Below, one piece after another: positions 1-8,071 of a stretch of 40,754 bases of DNA (position 1 is its first letter; every line of letters starts with the position of its first letter). Below the pieces are notes generated by a model. That model was not told where the DNA came from, searched no databases, and was given only the letters and a program-made list of their open reading frames with translations. A program made the position numbers and the translations under genes. The DNA comes from a virus: the UHGV virus genome UHGV-1474357; one strand, written 5' to 3'.

Positions 1-80
1 TTATCAATGAAGTGAACGGTATTTCCCGCGTGGTGTATGACATCAGCGGCAAGCCACCAGCGACTATTGAGTGGGAATGA
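1..80 (+). CDS. guaA: 3' end of host gene (5' truncated by window); translation ends ...INEVNGISRVVYDISGKPPATIEWE*, recognised as GMP synthase C-terminus
   Basis: In-frame translation of 3-80 ending at TGA 78-80; C-terminal peptide recalled from memory as GuaA, not searched. Stop codon lies inside the att repeat. Confidence 0.7.
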   Translation, partial: INEVNGISRVVYDISGKPPATIEWE

Positions 81-82
81 TT
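66..82. repeat. attL core, 17-bp direct repeat ATTGAGTGGGAATGATT
   Basis: Exact 17-bp match to 40700-40716; lies just upstream of the integrase gene and overlaps the guaA stop codon. Confidence 0.8.
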
Positions 83-126
83 AACAGCTAACTCATAGCA
101 ACTCATTCCTATTCAGATACTAATTT

Positions 127-160
127 AACCCTCTGTTTTTACAGAGGGTTTTTGTTTTTA
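127..160 (+). terminator. Intrinsic terminator on the phage side of attL (AACCCTCTG-TTTTTA-CAGAGGGTT followed by TTTTGTTTTT)
   Basis: 9-bp perfect stem plus T-run immediately downstream of the guaA stop. The truncated host copy of a similar hairpin (AAACCCTCTGTT...) is seen after attR at 40733-40754. Confidence 0.6.
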
Positions 161-215
161 TGTATTCATTTCTATTCACTCTACACCATATTTTTCGTCG
201 GTACAGGTGACGGTA

Positions 216-230
216 TTACCTTAAAGGTAT
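216..230. promoter_or_regulatory. TTACC-N5-GGTAA-type dyad (TTACCTTAAAGGTAT), imperfect
   Basis: Member of the dispersed dyad family; upstream of the integrase start. Overlaps a second palindrome GGTAT-N6-ATACC. Confidence 0.3.
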
Positions 231-272
231 ACTCTCATACCGTCATGAAAATGGTTTCTATACGGGTGAATT

Positions 273-1529
273 GTGCTTACCGATACAAAATTAAAAAACC
301 TCAAGCCGCAGGACAAACTGTACAAGGTCTCCGATCGTGACGGGCTGTATGTAGCTGTGCTTACGTCAGGCACGGTCTCGTTTCGCTATGACTACCGTAT
401 CAACGGTCGCCGCGAAACACTGGTAATCGGGCAGTATGGGCGTGACGGTATCAGCCTGGCAGAAGCGCGAGAAGAACTGATTGCTGCAAAGAAGCTGCTT
501 AAAGCAGGCCAGTCACCGGCTGCGGCTAAACGTGACGGTATTAAAAAGATTCGTGGTGCCGAGACGTTTGCGGTACATACCGACAGTTATATGAAACACG
601 TCATCCTGGCTGACAGTACCCGCGCAATGAAGCAGGCGGTGATCGACCGTGACATACTTCCGGTTCTTGGCAACAAAATGATGGCTGAAATTACCACATC
701 AATGGTTCGTGATTTGTGTGACCGGATTGTCGAACGCGGTGGTCGGGCAACAGCAGTACAGGCCAGGGAGATCATCAGCAGCGTATACCGTCACGCCAAT
801 GACCGTGGTCATGGTTTGTTTAATCCTGCGGCTGACATTAAACCTTCGTCTATCGCCATATTTAAACCACGAGAGCGAACACTGACACCAGAAGAAATTG
901 GCCTGTTCTTCCGCACGCTGGATGCCATTGGTGCTATGGGCACTATGAAAATGGCTTTAAAGCTGGTGCTTATCACCATGGTTCGTAAGGGAGAATTCAC
1001 CAATGCAACGTGGGATGAAATAGATTTTAAAAAATGGACATGGACAATTCCTTCAGACCGCATGAAGGGAAGTCGGGCGCACGTTATTTACCTGCCTAAA
1101 CAGGCACAGGATATATTAGTCGGGTTGCAGATGTGCGCTGGTGGAAGTGAATATCTGGTTCCTGGTCGTTACAATTTCCGGAAGCCATTATCTAATGCCG
1201 CGCTGAACTCTCTGATCGACAGAACGGTGAAAATAATAAATGAAGATGGTGAGCATATTCAGGATTTTACTGTACATGATATGCGCCGTACAGCCAGTAC
1301 ATTGTTGCATGAGGCTGGTTATCCTTCAGACTGGATTGAAAAGGCTCTGGCACACGAGCAGAAAGGTGTGCGCGCCGTATATAACAAAGCGGAATACGCC
1401 AGACAGCGCGCCTACATGTTGCAGCAGTGGGCCGATATGATTGATTCCTGGATTAACGGGGAGCATACGGATCTGATTCCGTTCTCCCCGTCGAAGTTTG
1501 AGAAGTGGATGGAAGACAGTAATAAATAA
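273..1529 (+). CDS. int: Tyrosine site-specific integrase (GTG start)
   Basis: 418-aa ORF; N-terminus LTDTKLKNLKPQDKLYKVSDRDGLYVAV typical of P4/lambda-type integrase arm-binding domain; C-terminal HxxR...Y catalytic-type region (HDMRRTASTLL...YNKAEYARQRAYMLQQW); adjacent to attL. Confidence 0.93.
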   Translation: MLTDTKLKNLKPQDKLYKVSDRDGLYVAVLTSGTVSFRYDYRINGRRETLVIGQYGRDGISLAEAREELIAAKKLLKAGQSPAAAKRDGIKKIRGAETFAVHTDSYMKHVILADSTRAMKQAVIDRDILPVLGNKMMAEITTSMVRDLCDRIVERGGRATAVQAREIISSVYRHANDRGHGLFNPAADIKPSSIAIFKPRERTLTPEEIGLFFRTLDAIGAMGTMKMALKLVLITMVRKGEFTNATWDEIDFKKWTWTIPSDRMKGSRAHVIYLPKQAQDILVGLQMCAGGSEYLVPGRYNFRKPLSNAALNSLIDRTVKIINEDGEHIQDFTVHDMRRTASTLLHEAGYPSDWIEKALAHEQKGVRAVYNKAEYARQRAYMLQQWADMIDSWINGEHTDLIPFSPSKFEKWMEDSNK

Positions 1530-1531
1530 TT

Positions 1532-2191
1532 CTATCCTTCCTGGACTTTGGTAAGCGTCAGATTTCCGCAGAACACTGCGCCGGTGTCGATGTACATTTG
1601 GTTTGCATACACCAGTGGGTGATGTGCTGGCGTATGACCGAAGATGAACAAATCGGCACCGGTTATCTCCGAGACAATACCGTCCTGCGCGTCGCTAACC
1701 CGCTCACGATTCCATATCACCATTTCTTCCGGTACTGGCTTATCGAATGCGTATTCGTTGTGCGGGTAGTCTGCGTGGCAGATGACGACCTTCTTATTGC
1801 CGGTAACCAGTTCGATAATCATCGGGAGGTTGGTAACCTTTGGCAGAAGGTATTTGAGTTGCACATCCTGCTCAGAATCAAGTTGGTGCCACCATCCACC
1901 GCCGTTTGACATCCAATGTCCGAAACTTCCGCCGTTGACCAGTGCATCCAGCATCATCTGCTCATGGTTGCCACGAACAGCTCGGAACCACGGCATAGTA
2001 ATCAAATCCAGGCATTCGACGTTTTCAGCGCCGCGGTCAACAAGGTCACCAACGGAAATAAGCAAATCGCGCGCCGGGTCGAATGAAACTTTGTCGAGTT
2101 CGTTCATCAGCAGCGTGTAGCACCCATGCAGATCGCCGACGACGAAGATATTGCACCAGTCAGCGCCATTGATGCGTTGATATAGGTTCAT
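1532..2191 (-). CDS. Ser/Thr protein phosphatase (calcineurin-like metallophosphoesterase, lambda PP-like)
   Basis: Motifs [20 protein letters not shown]. Start set at internal ATG (MNLYQRING...) because ATG 2191-2189 overlaps the upstream TGA 2190-2188 (ATGA coupling). Confidence 0.85.
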   Translation of the reverse strand: MNLYQRINGADWCNIFVVGDLHGCYTLLMNELDKVSFDPARDLLISVGDLVDRGAENVECLDLITMPWFRAVRGNHEQMMLDALVNGGSFGHWMSNGGGWWHQLDSEQDVQLKYLLPKVTNLPMIIELVTGNKKVVICHADYPHNEYAFDKPVPEEMVIWNRERVSDAQDGIVSEITGADLFIFGHTPAHHPLVYANQMYIDTGAVFCGNLTLTKVQEG

Positions 2192-2838
2192 GCTGCACGC
2201 TCCCGCCCCTGGTTGTCTGTTGGTGACAGCGGAGCATTGCTGAATGCATTTGTTAATCCGCCGATATCCAACGCGTATCCAGGGTGTAGTTGCACTGCCG
2301 GGTCTTCGCACTGATTACCCCAAACATCGAAGCCATGAGACGTCTGGCGGGCGAACAGTTCAATGCGAGAAACATCGCCTAATAATTGCACAAGTTTTTC
2401 ACGAACGATATCTGGCTTTCTTGAATGCTCAAGCCGCGGTGCGGTAAATGACTGAACGATCCCTGCATTAATGCGCGTAGGTAGTTTTCCCTTTACCGCA
2501 AACAGGCAATCTTCACTATTGGCGCGAGTCATGTGTCCCATACCCATAACCAGTTTATCTGGTTGTCGACTACCACATTTTATCCACGTGAAGCCCTTCA
2601 TCGTCATCAGACGGAATCCCCAGGCTTCAACAACTTTTAGTGCTTCGAGTGGTTGTGTTGGCACCCACCACATGGCCAACAGACAGTTTTCATCGGCCAA
2701 ATCCCACACAGGAAGGCGGCAGATATCCAGCACACTCATAACCGGATATTTAAAACCGGCACCGCGATTACCATCTGCGGCTTTGTCCCGGTATACCCAG
2801 GGTGGATCTGCATAGATTAGTGTGTATTTCTTAGTCAT
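2188..2838 (-). CDS. DNA N6-adenine methyltransferase, MT-A70 family
   Basis: Catalytic motif IYADPPW near N-terminus. ATG at 2838 chosen; an alternative GTG start at 2850 is possible. Confidence 0.8.
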   Translation of the reverse strand: MTKKYTLIYADPPWVYRDKAADGNRGAGFKYPVMSVLDICRLPVWDLADENCLLAMWWVPTQPLEALKVVEAWGFRLMTMKGFTWIKCGSRQPDKLVMGMGHMTRANSEDCLFAVKGKLPTRINAGIVQSFTAPRLEHSRKPDIVREKLVQLLGDVSRIELFARQTSHGFDVWGNQCEDPAVQLHPGYALDIGGLTNAFSNAPLSPTDNQGRERAA

Positions 2839-3130
2839 AAACCACCCCACAACATCCTATGCCGCTATAGTCGCCACGGCGAAGGCCGTTACCTTTTGTG
2901 ATACATTGGTCCCTGCGAACCGCGATCCTTGCACGTTCAACATCACCAGAAGCAACATCCATACACTGAAGCCAAAGGTGAGCGGCAATGCGGAATTGCC
3001 CTTTTTTCTCTCTTTCAATCGCGCGTTTTTCGATCTCTATCGCCGCAGGAGTAACGGCGACAATCTTTGACGGACTGCGCATTGAAACCTTATTCATGTG
3101 ATATTTTTCAAGTCGGCTTAACTTTCTCAC
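2831..3130 (-). CDS. Hypothetical protein (99 aa, GTG start; alternative ATG at 3097)
   Basis: ORF co-oriented with the leftward operon; AGAGGG about 9 nt upstream of GTG 3130; no recognisable domain. Confidence 0.4.
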   Translation of the reverse strand: MRKLSRLEKYHMNKVSMRSPSKIVAVTPAAIEIEKRAIEREKKGQFRIAAHLWLQCMDVASGDVERARIAVRRDQCITKGNGLRRGDYSGIGCCGVVYD

Positions 3131-3239
3131 TTAATCCAACCCTCTCTGAAAATTAATGCCAGCAGATAAAGCCATGCTGAAACAGAGGCCAGGAATAAGT
3201 ACCATCCTGACCATTTGCTCCAGTGCCTTAGCAGCGCAC

Positions 3240-3488
3240 TCATGCAGCGTTGCTCACGGGACGATATACACGTTGCTGAACAGGAGGCTTTTTACCCTGG
3301 AACTCTGCCGGGCTTGCTGCCTGACGTTCATCAAGCCAACGCTCAACTTCATCACGGTTCCATGCGCAGCGTTTATCGGTGATATACCAGCGTTTAGGAA
3401 ATTCCCCTGCGCGCTCCATACGGTCGATAGTGCTCCATGACAGTGGCACCACCGCCAGGAGTTCTTTCTTACCTAATGCACCTTTCAT
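3240..3488 (-). CDS. AlpA-family DNA-binding protein, putative excisionase
   Basis: Sequence LLAVVPLSWSTIDRMERAGEFPKRWYITDKRCAWNRDEVERWL matches the AlpA/Xis winged-helix family; strong SD AGAGAGG before the ATG. Confidence 0.8.
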   Translation of the reverse strand: MKGALGKKELLAVVPLSWSTIDRMERAGEFPKRWYITDKRCAWNRDEVERWLDERQAASPAEFQGKKPPVQQRVYRPVSNAA

Positions 3489-3537
3489 GAATACCTCTCT
3501 TGGTTGCAGTGCGGCGCACGTGGCGCCGCGGTGGTGG

Positions 3538-4479
3538 TTACATAGATGTTTCGTTTAATTCTTCCCGACGAACGCTGTAAACGTCGGTTGCTTTTGCCAG
3601 CAGTTCGTCATCATCTGAAAGTTTTTGTGCAATGTATTTGTAAGCCTTATCCAGTTCGGAGACAGTGCTGTAATTCATCGCTGCGCTGGTAAAGGCCATC
3701 AGCATTTCTTCTGGATCACGGCTGTCCGATTTACGCGTTTGCTCATCAGGCTTTTTCGCTGGTTTAGCGTTGATCAGACTGTTCATTCCCGCAGCAGTGG
3801 TCGTTTGCGGAGTAATGTCTCGCTCAACGCGCGGTGCCGTTTCCTGTAATTCGTCTGGGGTGTAGACGCCCATGATTACGTCAGGACAGTGCAGGCGAGA
3901 CCAGCGTTTTGTCGCAAGGTATGCGAGTTGTTGTTTCGGATCACTGGCCCAAAGTGTGGAGTTTCTTACCTGTGCTTGAGACAGCATTAACTCAAGCACT
4001 CGAGGTTGATCCTCGCCCTTCATGGTTGCCCATACGCGAACACCGCAGCCTTCTTCGTCTTTTAGAGTCCAGCCTGGTGCGATATATGGATTGCCGTTTT
4101 TGGATGTTTTCTCAACAAACTTACCGATCACGCGTTCCCACGGCCCGAACCACTCGTAGTTGATGCGATCTTTTGTTGGCGACATCGTTGAGATAACTGC
4201 GTTTACTAATTGGGCTTCATAACCTAGCGTGCCGTTCACAACATGGGTTTTCTGAGCCACGGCAAACGGGTTCATTCCCCACTGCGCAGCCTGCATTGCC
4301 ACGGCCATGCAATCAGCTGGTTTCCCGGCGAGGTGCGCCGGTACCGTTACGCGGCTTTGCGCCATTACCTCGGCGAATTTCATCAGTTGGTTCAAGCCGT
4401 CTGGGCTGAAAATAGTTGCAGCAGTTCCAGCGATTGCTGTGTCTACTGGTGCGTTGATGTTTGCGATGTCGTTGCTCAT
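3538..4479 (-). CDS. recT: RecT-family single-strand annealing protein
   Basis: 313-aa product with RecT-like core (MAVAMQAAQWGMNPF...GYEAQLVNAV). Start ATG 4479-4477 overlaps the upstream gene stop (ATGA). Confidence 0.8.
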   Translation of the reverse strand: MSNDIANINAPVDTAIAGTAATIFSPDGLNQLMKFAEVMAQSRVTVPAHLAGKPADCMAVAMQAAQWGMNPFAVAQKTHVVNGTLGYEAQLVNAVISTMSPTKDRINYEWFGPWERVIGKFVEKTSKNGNPYIAPGWTLKDEEGCGVRVWATMKGEDQPRVLELMLSQAQVRNSTLWASDPKQQLAYLATKRWSRLHCPDVIMGVYTPDELQETAPRVERDITPQTTTAAGMNSLINAKPAKKPDEQTRKSDSRDPEEMLMAFTSAAMNYSTVSELDKAYKYIAQKLSDDDELLAKATDVYSVRREELNETSM

Positions 4480-5297
4480 ATGTACATATCCTGTTTGCGT
4501 GCCCACTCAGGGCGTTTAATGATTTCCACACCGCCCCATTCATCATTGATGCGGCATTCGTGATAGGTATTCAGATCCCGGCGGAACAGAGCGTGCCCGG
4601 CATCGACATCCGGCGCATCCAGCCCGAACACGCGTACCGGATACCGACCACAATCAATGCTTTCGCTCACGGCAAGAAAGAAAAAACCATGCGGCTGACC
4701 AGTAACCCTCATTGCGCCTTCGCGGTACATTGCGTCCTGCACGTGGTAGCGGAATTCCTCGATGTGACGTGCAAAACGGTCCATATCTGCAACCTTTTTC
4801 ACGTCGACGATCACGTTGTGCTCGTTCAGCCATTTGTCTGGACGAATTCGGCACAACTCACCCGTCTCTTCATCGTTCCAGTACATTGATGCTTCGCAGT
4901 AACCAGGTGCTTCCAGCATCCAGCGTGCCGCCGGGTGAGCCATTGCGCTATCACGCATCAGCTCCAGTTTCCGCCACTGCTCGGCATCAAGTACCGTAAT
5001 CCCCATATCCGCTACATCACGAAGAAATGCTTCTTCGTCAGCTTTACCTTGTTTCGTCCGACGATCGAACTTCGGTGAAACAATGAAGCGTTTGTCGAAT
5101 TCTCCAGGCTCCAGAAGCAGACAGTGCAATGCGGTTCCCATATCCAGTGCAGACTTTTTCTCTTCGTCTTCTGGTGCTGCCTGAACCCATTTAAGAAGCG
5201 CCGGATTCTTGGCAACCATGTCCAGTTGCGACTTACTCACGCCGTCACCGGCGTGGTAGTCTTCGTTGCTGATGTCGAAATAAATTCCCGGTTTCAT
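4476..5297 (-). CDS. PD-(D/E)XK-type exonuclease (RecE/DUF3799-like partner of RecT)
   Basis: N-terminus MKPGIYFDISNEDYHAGDGVSKSQL characteristic of the exonuclease-VIII-like family; positioned immediately upstream of recT, translationally coupled. Confidence 0.75.
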   Translation of the reverse strand: MKPGIYFDISNEDYHAGDGVSKSQLDMVAKNPALLKWVQAAPEDEEKKSALDMGTALHCLLLEPGEFDKRFIVSPKFDRRTKQGKADEEAFLRDVADMGITVLDAEQWRKLELMRDSAMAHPAARWMLEAPGYCEASMYWNDEETGELCRIRPDKWLNEHNVIVDVKKVADMDRFARHIEEFRYHVQDAMYREGAMRVTGQPHGFFFLAVSESIDCGRYPVRVFGLDAPDVDAGHALFRRDLNTYHECRINDEWGGVEIIKRPEWARKQDMYI

Positions 5298-5593
5298 GCC
5301 GCGTCCCTCTGCCCATCAAGCTGATCAGCCAGATCCCAGCGGGCGATAATTGCCATTGCCTCGCGCCGGTAGGCATCCATTAGTTCTTCGAACTCAGGGC
5401 TGTCTTTAGCGGCCTCCAGTACTTCCTGGCGAACGCCTTTAACTGTTACAACGTCGAAAGTTGATGCCAGTTGATGAAGCCGGATACTCTCAATCAGTTC
5501 AACTTGTCGGTCATATAGCTGTTCTGACAGACGGTAGTCCTTGTCGAATGCCAGCATGATTTTTTGAAGATTTTTCTGCTGATTAACGTTCAT
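5294..5593 (-). CDS. Hypothetical protein (99 aa)
   Basis: ORF in leftward operon; start MNVNQQ... at ATG 5593; stop overlaps exonuclease start. Confidence 0.55.
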   Translation of the reverse strand: MNVNQQKNLQKIMLAFDKDYRLSEQLYDRQVELIESIRLHQLASTFDVVTVKGVRQEVLEAAKDSPEFEELMDAYRREAMAIIARWDLADQLDGQRDAA

Positions 5594-5595
5594 TA

Positions 5596-5748
5596 TCAGC
5601 CCTCCCATATCTCGTTATCGTTGGCTACATCGCGAGCTTCTTTGCTGACGAAAGCCCACTTAATGCCTTCCTGTAAGGTGCGGAACTTCCAGCTCATGAA
5701 TCCGCATGCAGTAACGCAGTACCAACCGTTGATGATTTTCCACTGCAT
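5596..5748 (-). CDS. Hypothetical small protein (50 aa), first gene of leftward operon
   Basis: ATG 5748 preceded by GAGGT SD; stop TGA directly abuts next start (TGATAATG). Below the 60-aa ORF-track cutoff, found by manual translation. Confidence 0.35.
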   Translation of the reverse strand: MQWKIINGWYCVTACGFMSWKFRTLQEGIKWAFVSKEARDVANDNEIWEG

Positions 5749-5829
5749 AACTTGTTACCTCGGTCTGTTACCGTTGAGGTAATAATTATGCGTATATGGT
5801 TTGATGTCAATAGATATGAGTTAAAAAAA

Positions 5830-5844
5830 TTACCCGTTAGGTAA
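5830..5844. promoter_or_regulatory. TTACC-N5-GGTAA dyad (TTACCCGTTAGGTAA), candidate left operator
   Basis: Perfect dyad arms; sits just upstream of a minus-strand TTGACA -35-like hexamer (about 5813-5818) at the head of the leftward early operon. Confidence 0.45.
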
Positions 5845-5855
5845 TCGAATAGGCA

Positions 5856-5880
5856 ATAAAAAAGCCGCCATAAGGCGGCT
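5856..5880 (-). terminator. Intrinsic terminator downstream of repressor gene
   Basis: Hairpin AGCCGCC-ATAA-GGCGGCT followed on the minus strand by TTTTTTATT. Confidence 0.6.
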
Positions 5881-5901
5881 TACTTACTGAAAAATATGGT
5901 T

Positions 5902-6486
5902 TTATTGTTTGTTTTTTTCGTTCTGGTTGATGACAAATTCAATGTAACTTTCGATCTTTGCTTTCTCGGTTTCGGGTAACAATGCGTAGCGCGAGCGATC
6001 ATAGTTGATGGTCGCAGGGTCGTGCGGGTGAATCAGTAATTCATAGCCGTGACGCCCGAATGCGGATGCAACATTCTCCAGGGTGGAAATGGAAACGCTG
6101 ACCTCATTGTTTAACAGGCGGCTGATTGTCACCTGGGCTACGCCGGATGCGCGGTGAAGTTTTCCCTGTGTTGAAAGGTCGCGGCTTTCGCTCATCCAGC
6201 GTTCCAGGTTGTGAGCCGCCAGCTGGCCAATGTCGCTTGGGCCGACAGGCTGAAAACCTTCCTGAGAAAGCGAGCGATCGATATCAAGCCAGTTACGGGG
6301 TTTATTGGCGGCAGCTTCAATTTTTCGTGCAACCTGGTCGCCGATAACCTTCTTGCCAAGAGCCCAGCGGTTTACCAGATTTGCCTGAGTTCCAAGTTTT
6401 TCAGCCATCCGCGTCTGAACACCATTGAATTCACGGTCGATCAAGTCGTTGAGATTTTGCCTGCGGACGTCCTGGATACTTTTCAT
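5902..6486 (-). CDS. Prophage repressor (CI-like), two HTH-like segments, no S24 peptidase domain
   Basis: 194 aa; HTH-like segments (QTRMAEKLGTQANLVNRWALGKK and VAQVTISRLLNNEVSVSISTLENVASAFG); divergent from the Cro-like gene; no Ala-Gly/Ser-Lys LexA-like autocleavage module recognisable. Confidence 0.75.
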   Translation of the reverse strand: MKSIQDVRRQNLNDLIDREFNGVQTRMAEKLGTQANLVNRWALGKKVIGDQVARKIEAAANKPRNWLDIDRSLSQEGFQPVGPSDIGQLAAHNLERWMSESRDLSTQGKLHRASGVAQVTISRLLNNEVSVSISTLENVASAFGRHGYELLIHPHDPATINYDRSRYALLPETEKAKIESYIEFVINQNEKNKQ

Positions 6487-6541
6487 TTTCTGGAAAATCG
6501 CCTCATATATGAATCAGTAGATGATTCAATTTAAAGCAATA

Positions 6542-6556
6542 TTACCCAACAGGTAA
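6542..6556. promoter_or_regulatory. TTACC-N5-GGTAA dyad (TTACCCAACAGGTAA), candidate right operator 1
   Basis: Perfect dyad arms in the repressor/cro intergenic region. Confidence 0.5.
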
Positions 6557-6589
6557 ATGCACCCCACAGGTAACTATCCTTGATTTTTG

Positions 6590-6604
6590 TTACCTTATGG
6601 GTGA
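6590..6604. promoter_or_regulatory. TTACC-N5-GGTGA dyad (TTACCTTATGGGTGA), candidate right operator 2
   Basis: Imperfect dyad located between the -35-like and -10-like hexamers of the putative rightward promoter. Confidence 0.4.
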
Positions 6605-6640
6605 ATATTTATTATCTGAAATAAATATCAGGCAATAGCT

Positions 6641-6871
6641 ATGAGCGATAACGGACATTTCGATTTCAAAAAGCACTGGCTTGCACTTACTCCGGATGAG
6701 CGTGAAGCCTTCGCACAGGAAGCCGGAACGACGAGTCACTATATCCAGACTCACTTAACAGGTAAGCGCAAAATGCCAGGTAAGGTATTGATGAATGGGC
6801 TTTTTAAAGCCTGTAAAACAAGACAATGGCTGCGCTCAAAAGCAGAACTGGCATACTTCTTCTACTCATGA
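6641..6871 (+). CDS. Cro-like HTH regulator
   Basis: 76 aa, HTH-like segment AQEAGTTSHYIQTHLTGKRKMP; first gene of rightward operon, divergent from repressor. Confidence 0.7.
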   Translation: MSDNGHFDFKKHWLALTPDEREAFAQEAGTTSHYIQTHLTGKRKMPGKVLMNGLFKACKTRQWLRSKAELAYFFYS

Positions 6872-6893
6872 TATCCAGCCACAACCCTCTGTA

Positions 6894-6916
6894 GACCGCC
6901 ATCCGGCGGTCTTTTC
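6894..6916 (+). terminator. Intrinsic terminator immediately after cro-like gene (tR1-like)
   Basis: Hairpin GACCGCC-ATCC-GGCGGTC followed by TTTTC. Confidence 0.65.
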
Positions 6917-6926
6917 ATATCTATTC

Positions 6927-6941
6927 GTACCTCAAAGGTAA
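6927..6941. promoter_or_regulatory. GTACC-N5-GGTAA dyad (GTACCTCAAAGGTAA)
   Basis: Dyad-family member placed just downstream of the tR1-like terminator and upstream of the zinc-finger ORF and replication genes. Confidence 0.35.
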
Positions 6942-7021
6942 TAAAAAACCAAATCTGGTTGATCTTTTTTTTGTGTCAGCACAAAATGACCGTAATCCCA
7001 ATACTAATAACAGGGCTTACC

Positions 7022-7222
7022 ATGGAAATCATTACACGTATTGATGCCGCAAAGCGCGGACTTAAACGCTACTACACCGGAAAAACATGTAAGCACGGAC
7101 ATGACAGTGAACGCTGGGTTTACAACGGACACTGTGTTGAGTGCACCATGGAATCAAACCGTCGTATCAGGGCAGAGATTAAGCAGATCATGATTAATTC
7201 CTCCCCACAACATTCAAGCTGA
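7022..7222 (+). CDS. Small zinc-finger-like protein (66 aa), function unknown
   Basis: Cys/His pattern KTCKHGHDSERWVYNGHCVEC; ATG at 7022 inside the longer track ORF; position between cro and the replication initiator. Confidence 0.45.
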   Translation: MEIITRIDAAKRGLKRYYTGKTCKHGHDSERWVYNGHCVECTMESNRRIRAEIKQIMINSSPQHSS

Positions 7223-7237
7223 TAGCGGAGATTAATC

Positions 7238-8071
7238 ATGAGCAGACATGCAACAGATTGGGCCTGGGAGACAGATCCAGGTAGCTCATCATTAAAGCTC
7301 ATACTGCTCTCGATGGCTGACAGAGCCGATGAATATAACCTCTGCTACCCCAGCATAGAACGCCTCGTTAAAGACACTTGCCTGAATAAAAAAACCGTGC
7401 AGGCCGGGCTTATATCGCTCATGAAAATGGGGCTTATTTCAGATACCGGAGAGAGAAAGGGAGCGACAAAAAGAGTGCGGGTTTTCTCTCTTAATATAAC
7501 CAAAAACGGGAACATTAAAGGCAACCGGGAGGGGGGCAATGAACCCGAAAACGGTAATGTTACCGAAAACGGGAATATACCCAAAAACGGGATGTTGAAT
7601 GATCCCAAAAACGGGATGTTGAATGATCCCAAAAACGGGATCCAGAACCAGTCATATAACCAGTCATTTAACCAAGAGAGGGAGAGCAGGACAAAAACCG
7701 GGGATTCTGTTCCTCATGACCCCGGCGCAAACAACGCCGTGATGAATAACTTTGTTCCTCCTGGTGGGCCAGGGCAATTAGGTAAATTTGTCATGCATGA
7801 ACAATGGCAGCCATCAGATGACTTTCTTCGGAAAAGCTCATTGCAGGGAATCTACCTGGACAGTCTGCCAACGGCACAGGAACTTGCAGAGTTCAGAATT
7901 TACTGGATGGCTGAGGGTAAGGCATACCATCAGGCACAGTGGGAGCAGAAGCTGGCAAGGCGCATCCAGTTCTGTAGACAGAAATCAGGTGAAGTCAGAA
8001 AGAGCCTTGACTGGCATAACACTGACTGGATAGATGAGGTGTGGGATGAAATCAACTCCAGAACTTCTTAA
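7238..8071 (+). CDS. Replication initiation protein (O-like; N-terminal winged-helix, C-terminal DnaT-like region)
   Basis: N-terminus ATDWAWETDPGSSSLKLILLSMADRADEYNLCYPSIERL resembles phage replication-protein HTH; internal peptide repeats (PKNGMLND) coincide with DNA iterons; followed by P-like gene. Confidence 0.7.
   Translation: MSRHATDWAWETDPGSSSLKLILLSMADRADEYNLCYPSIERLVKDTCLNKKTVQAGLISLMKMGLISDTGERKGATKRVRVFSLNITKNGNIKGNREGGNEPENGNVTENGNIPKNGMLNDPKNGMLNDPKNGIQNQSYNQSFNQERESRTKTGDSVPHDPGANNAVMNNFVPPGGPGQLGKFVMHEQWQPSDDFLRKSSLQGIYLDSLPTAQELAEFRIYWMAEGKAYHQAQWEQKLARRIQFCRQKSGEVRKSLDWHNTDWIDEVWDEINSRTS
7500..7643. repeat. Iteron array (6 copies of CC(C)RAAAACGGRA, last three on a 24-bp period), putative origin of replication
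   Basis: Copies at 7500, 7544, 7563, 7580, 7604, 7628; embedded in the initiator gene as in lambda ori; adjacent inverted repeat GAGAGAGAAA / TTTCTCTCT at 7449-7491. Confidence 0.6.

Larger units (their letters stand above)
6487..6640. promoter_or_regulatory. Immunity-region intergenic with divergent promoters and operators
   Basis: Between divergent repressor and cro-like genes; contains two TTACC-N5-GGTAA-type dyads and TTGATT (6580-6585) / GAATAT (6603-6608) sigma70-like hexamers with 17-bp spacing for the rightward promoter. Confidence 0.5.

Noticed and set aside
152-340. 62-aa ORF on the plus strand upstream of and overlapping the integrase start
   Set aside because: Overlaps the attL-proximal terminator and the integrase start region, has no convincing SD and a low-complexity product; more likely non-coding.
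5749-5829. Extended inverted repeat TTACCTC-N14-GAGGTAA at 5755-5782 considered as an additional operator
   Set aside because: The spacing differs from the recurrent N5 dyad and it overlaps the SD of the first leftward gene; it may be mRNA secondary structure rather than a protein site, and is left uncalled.
7500-7643. Tandem repeat array considered as possible CRISPR
   Set aside because: Repeats are 12-24 bp, lie inside a coding gene and lack unique spacers; they fit replication iterons.
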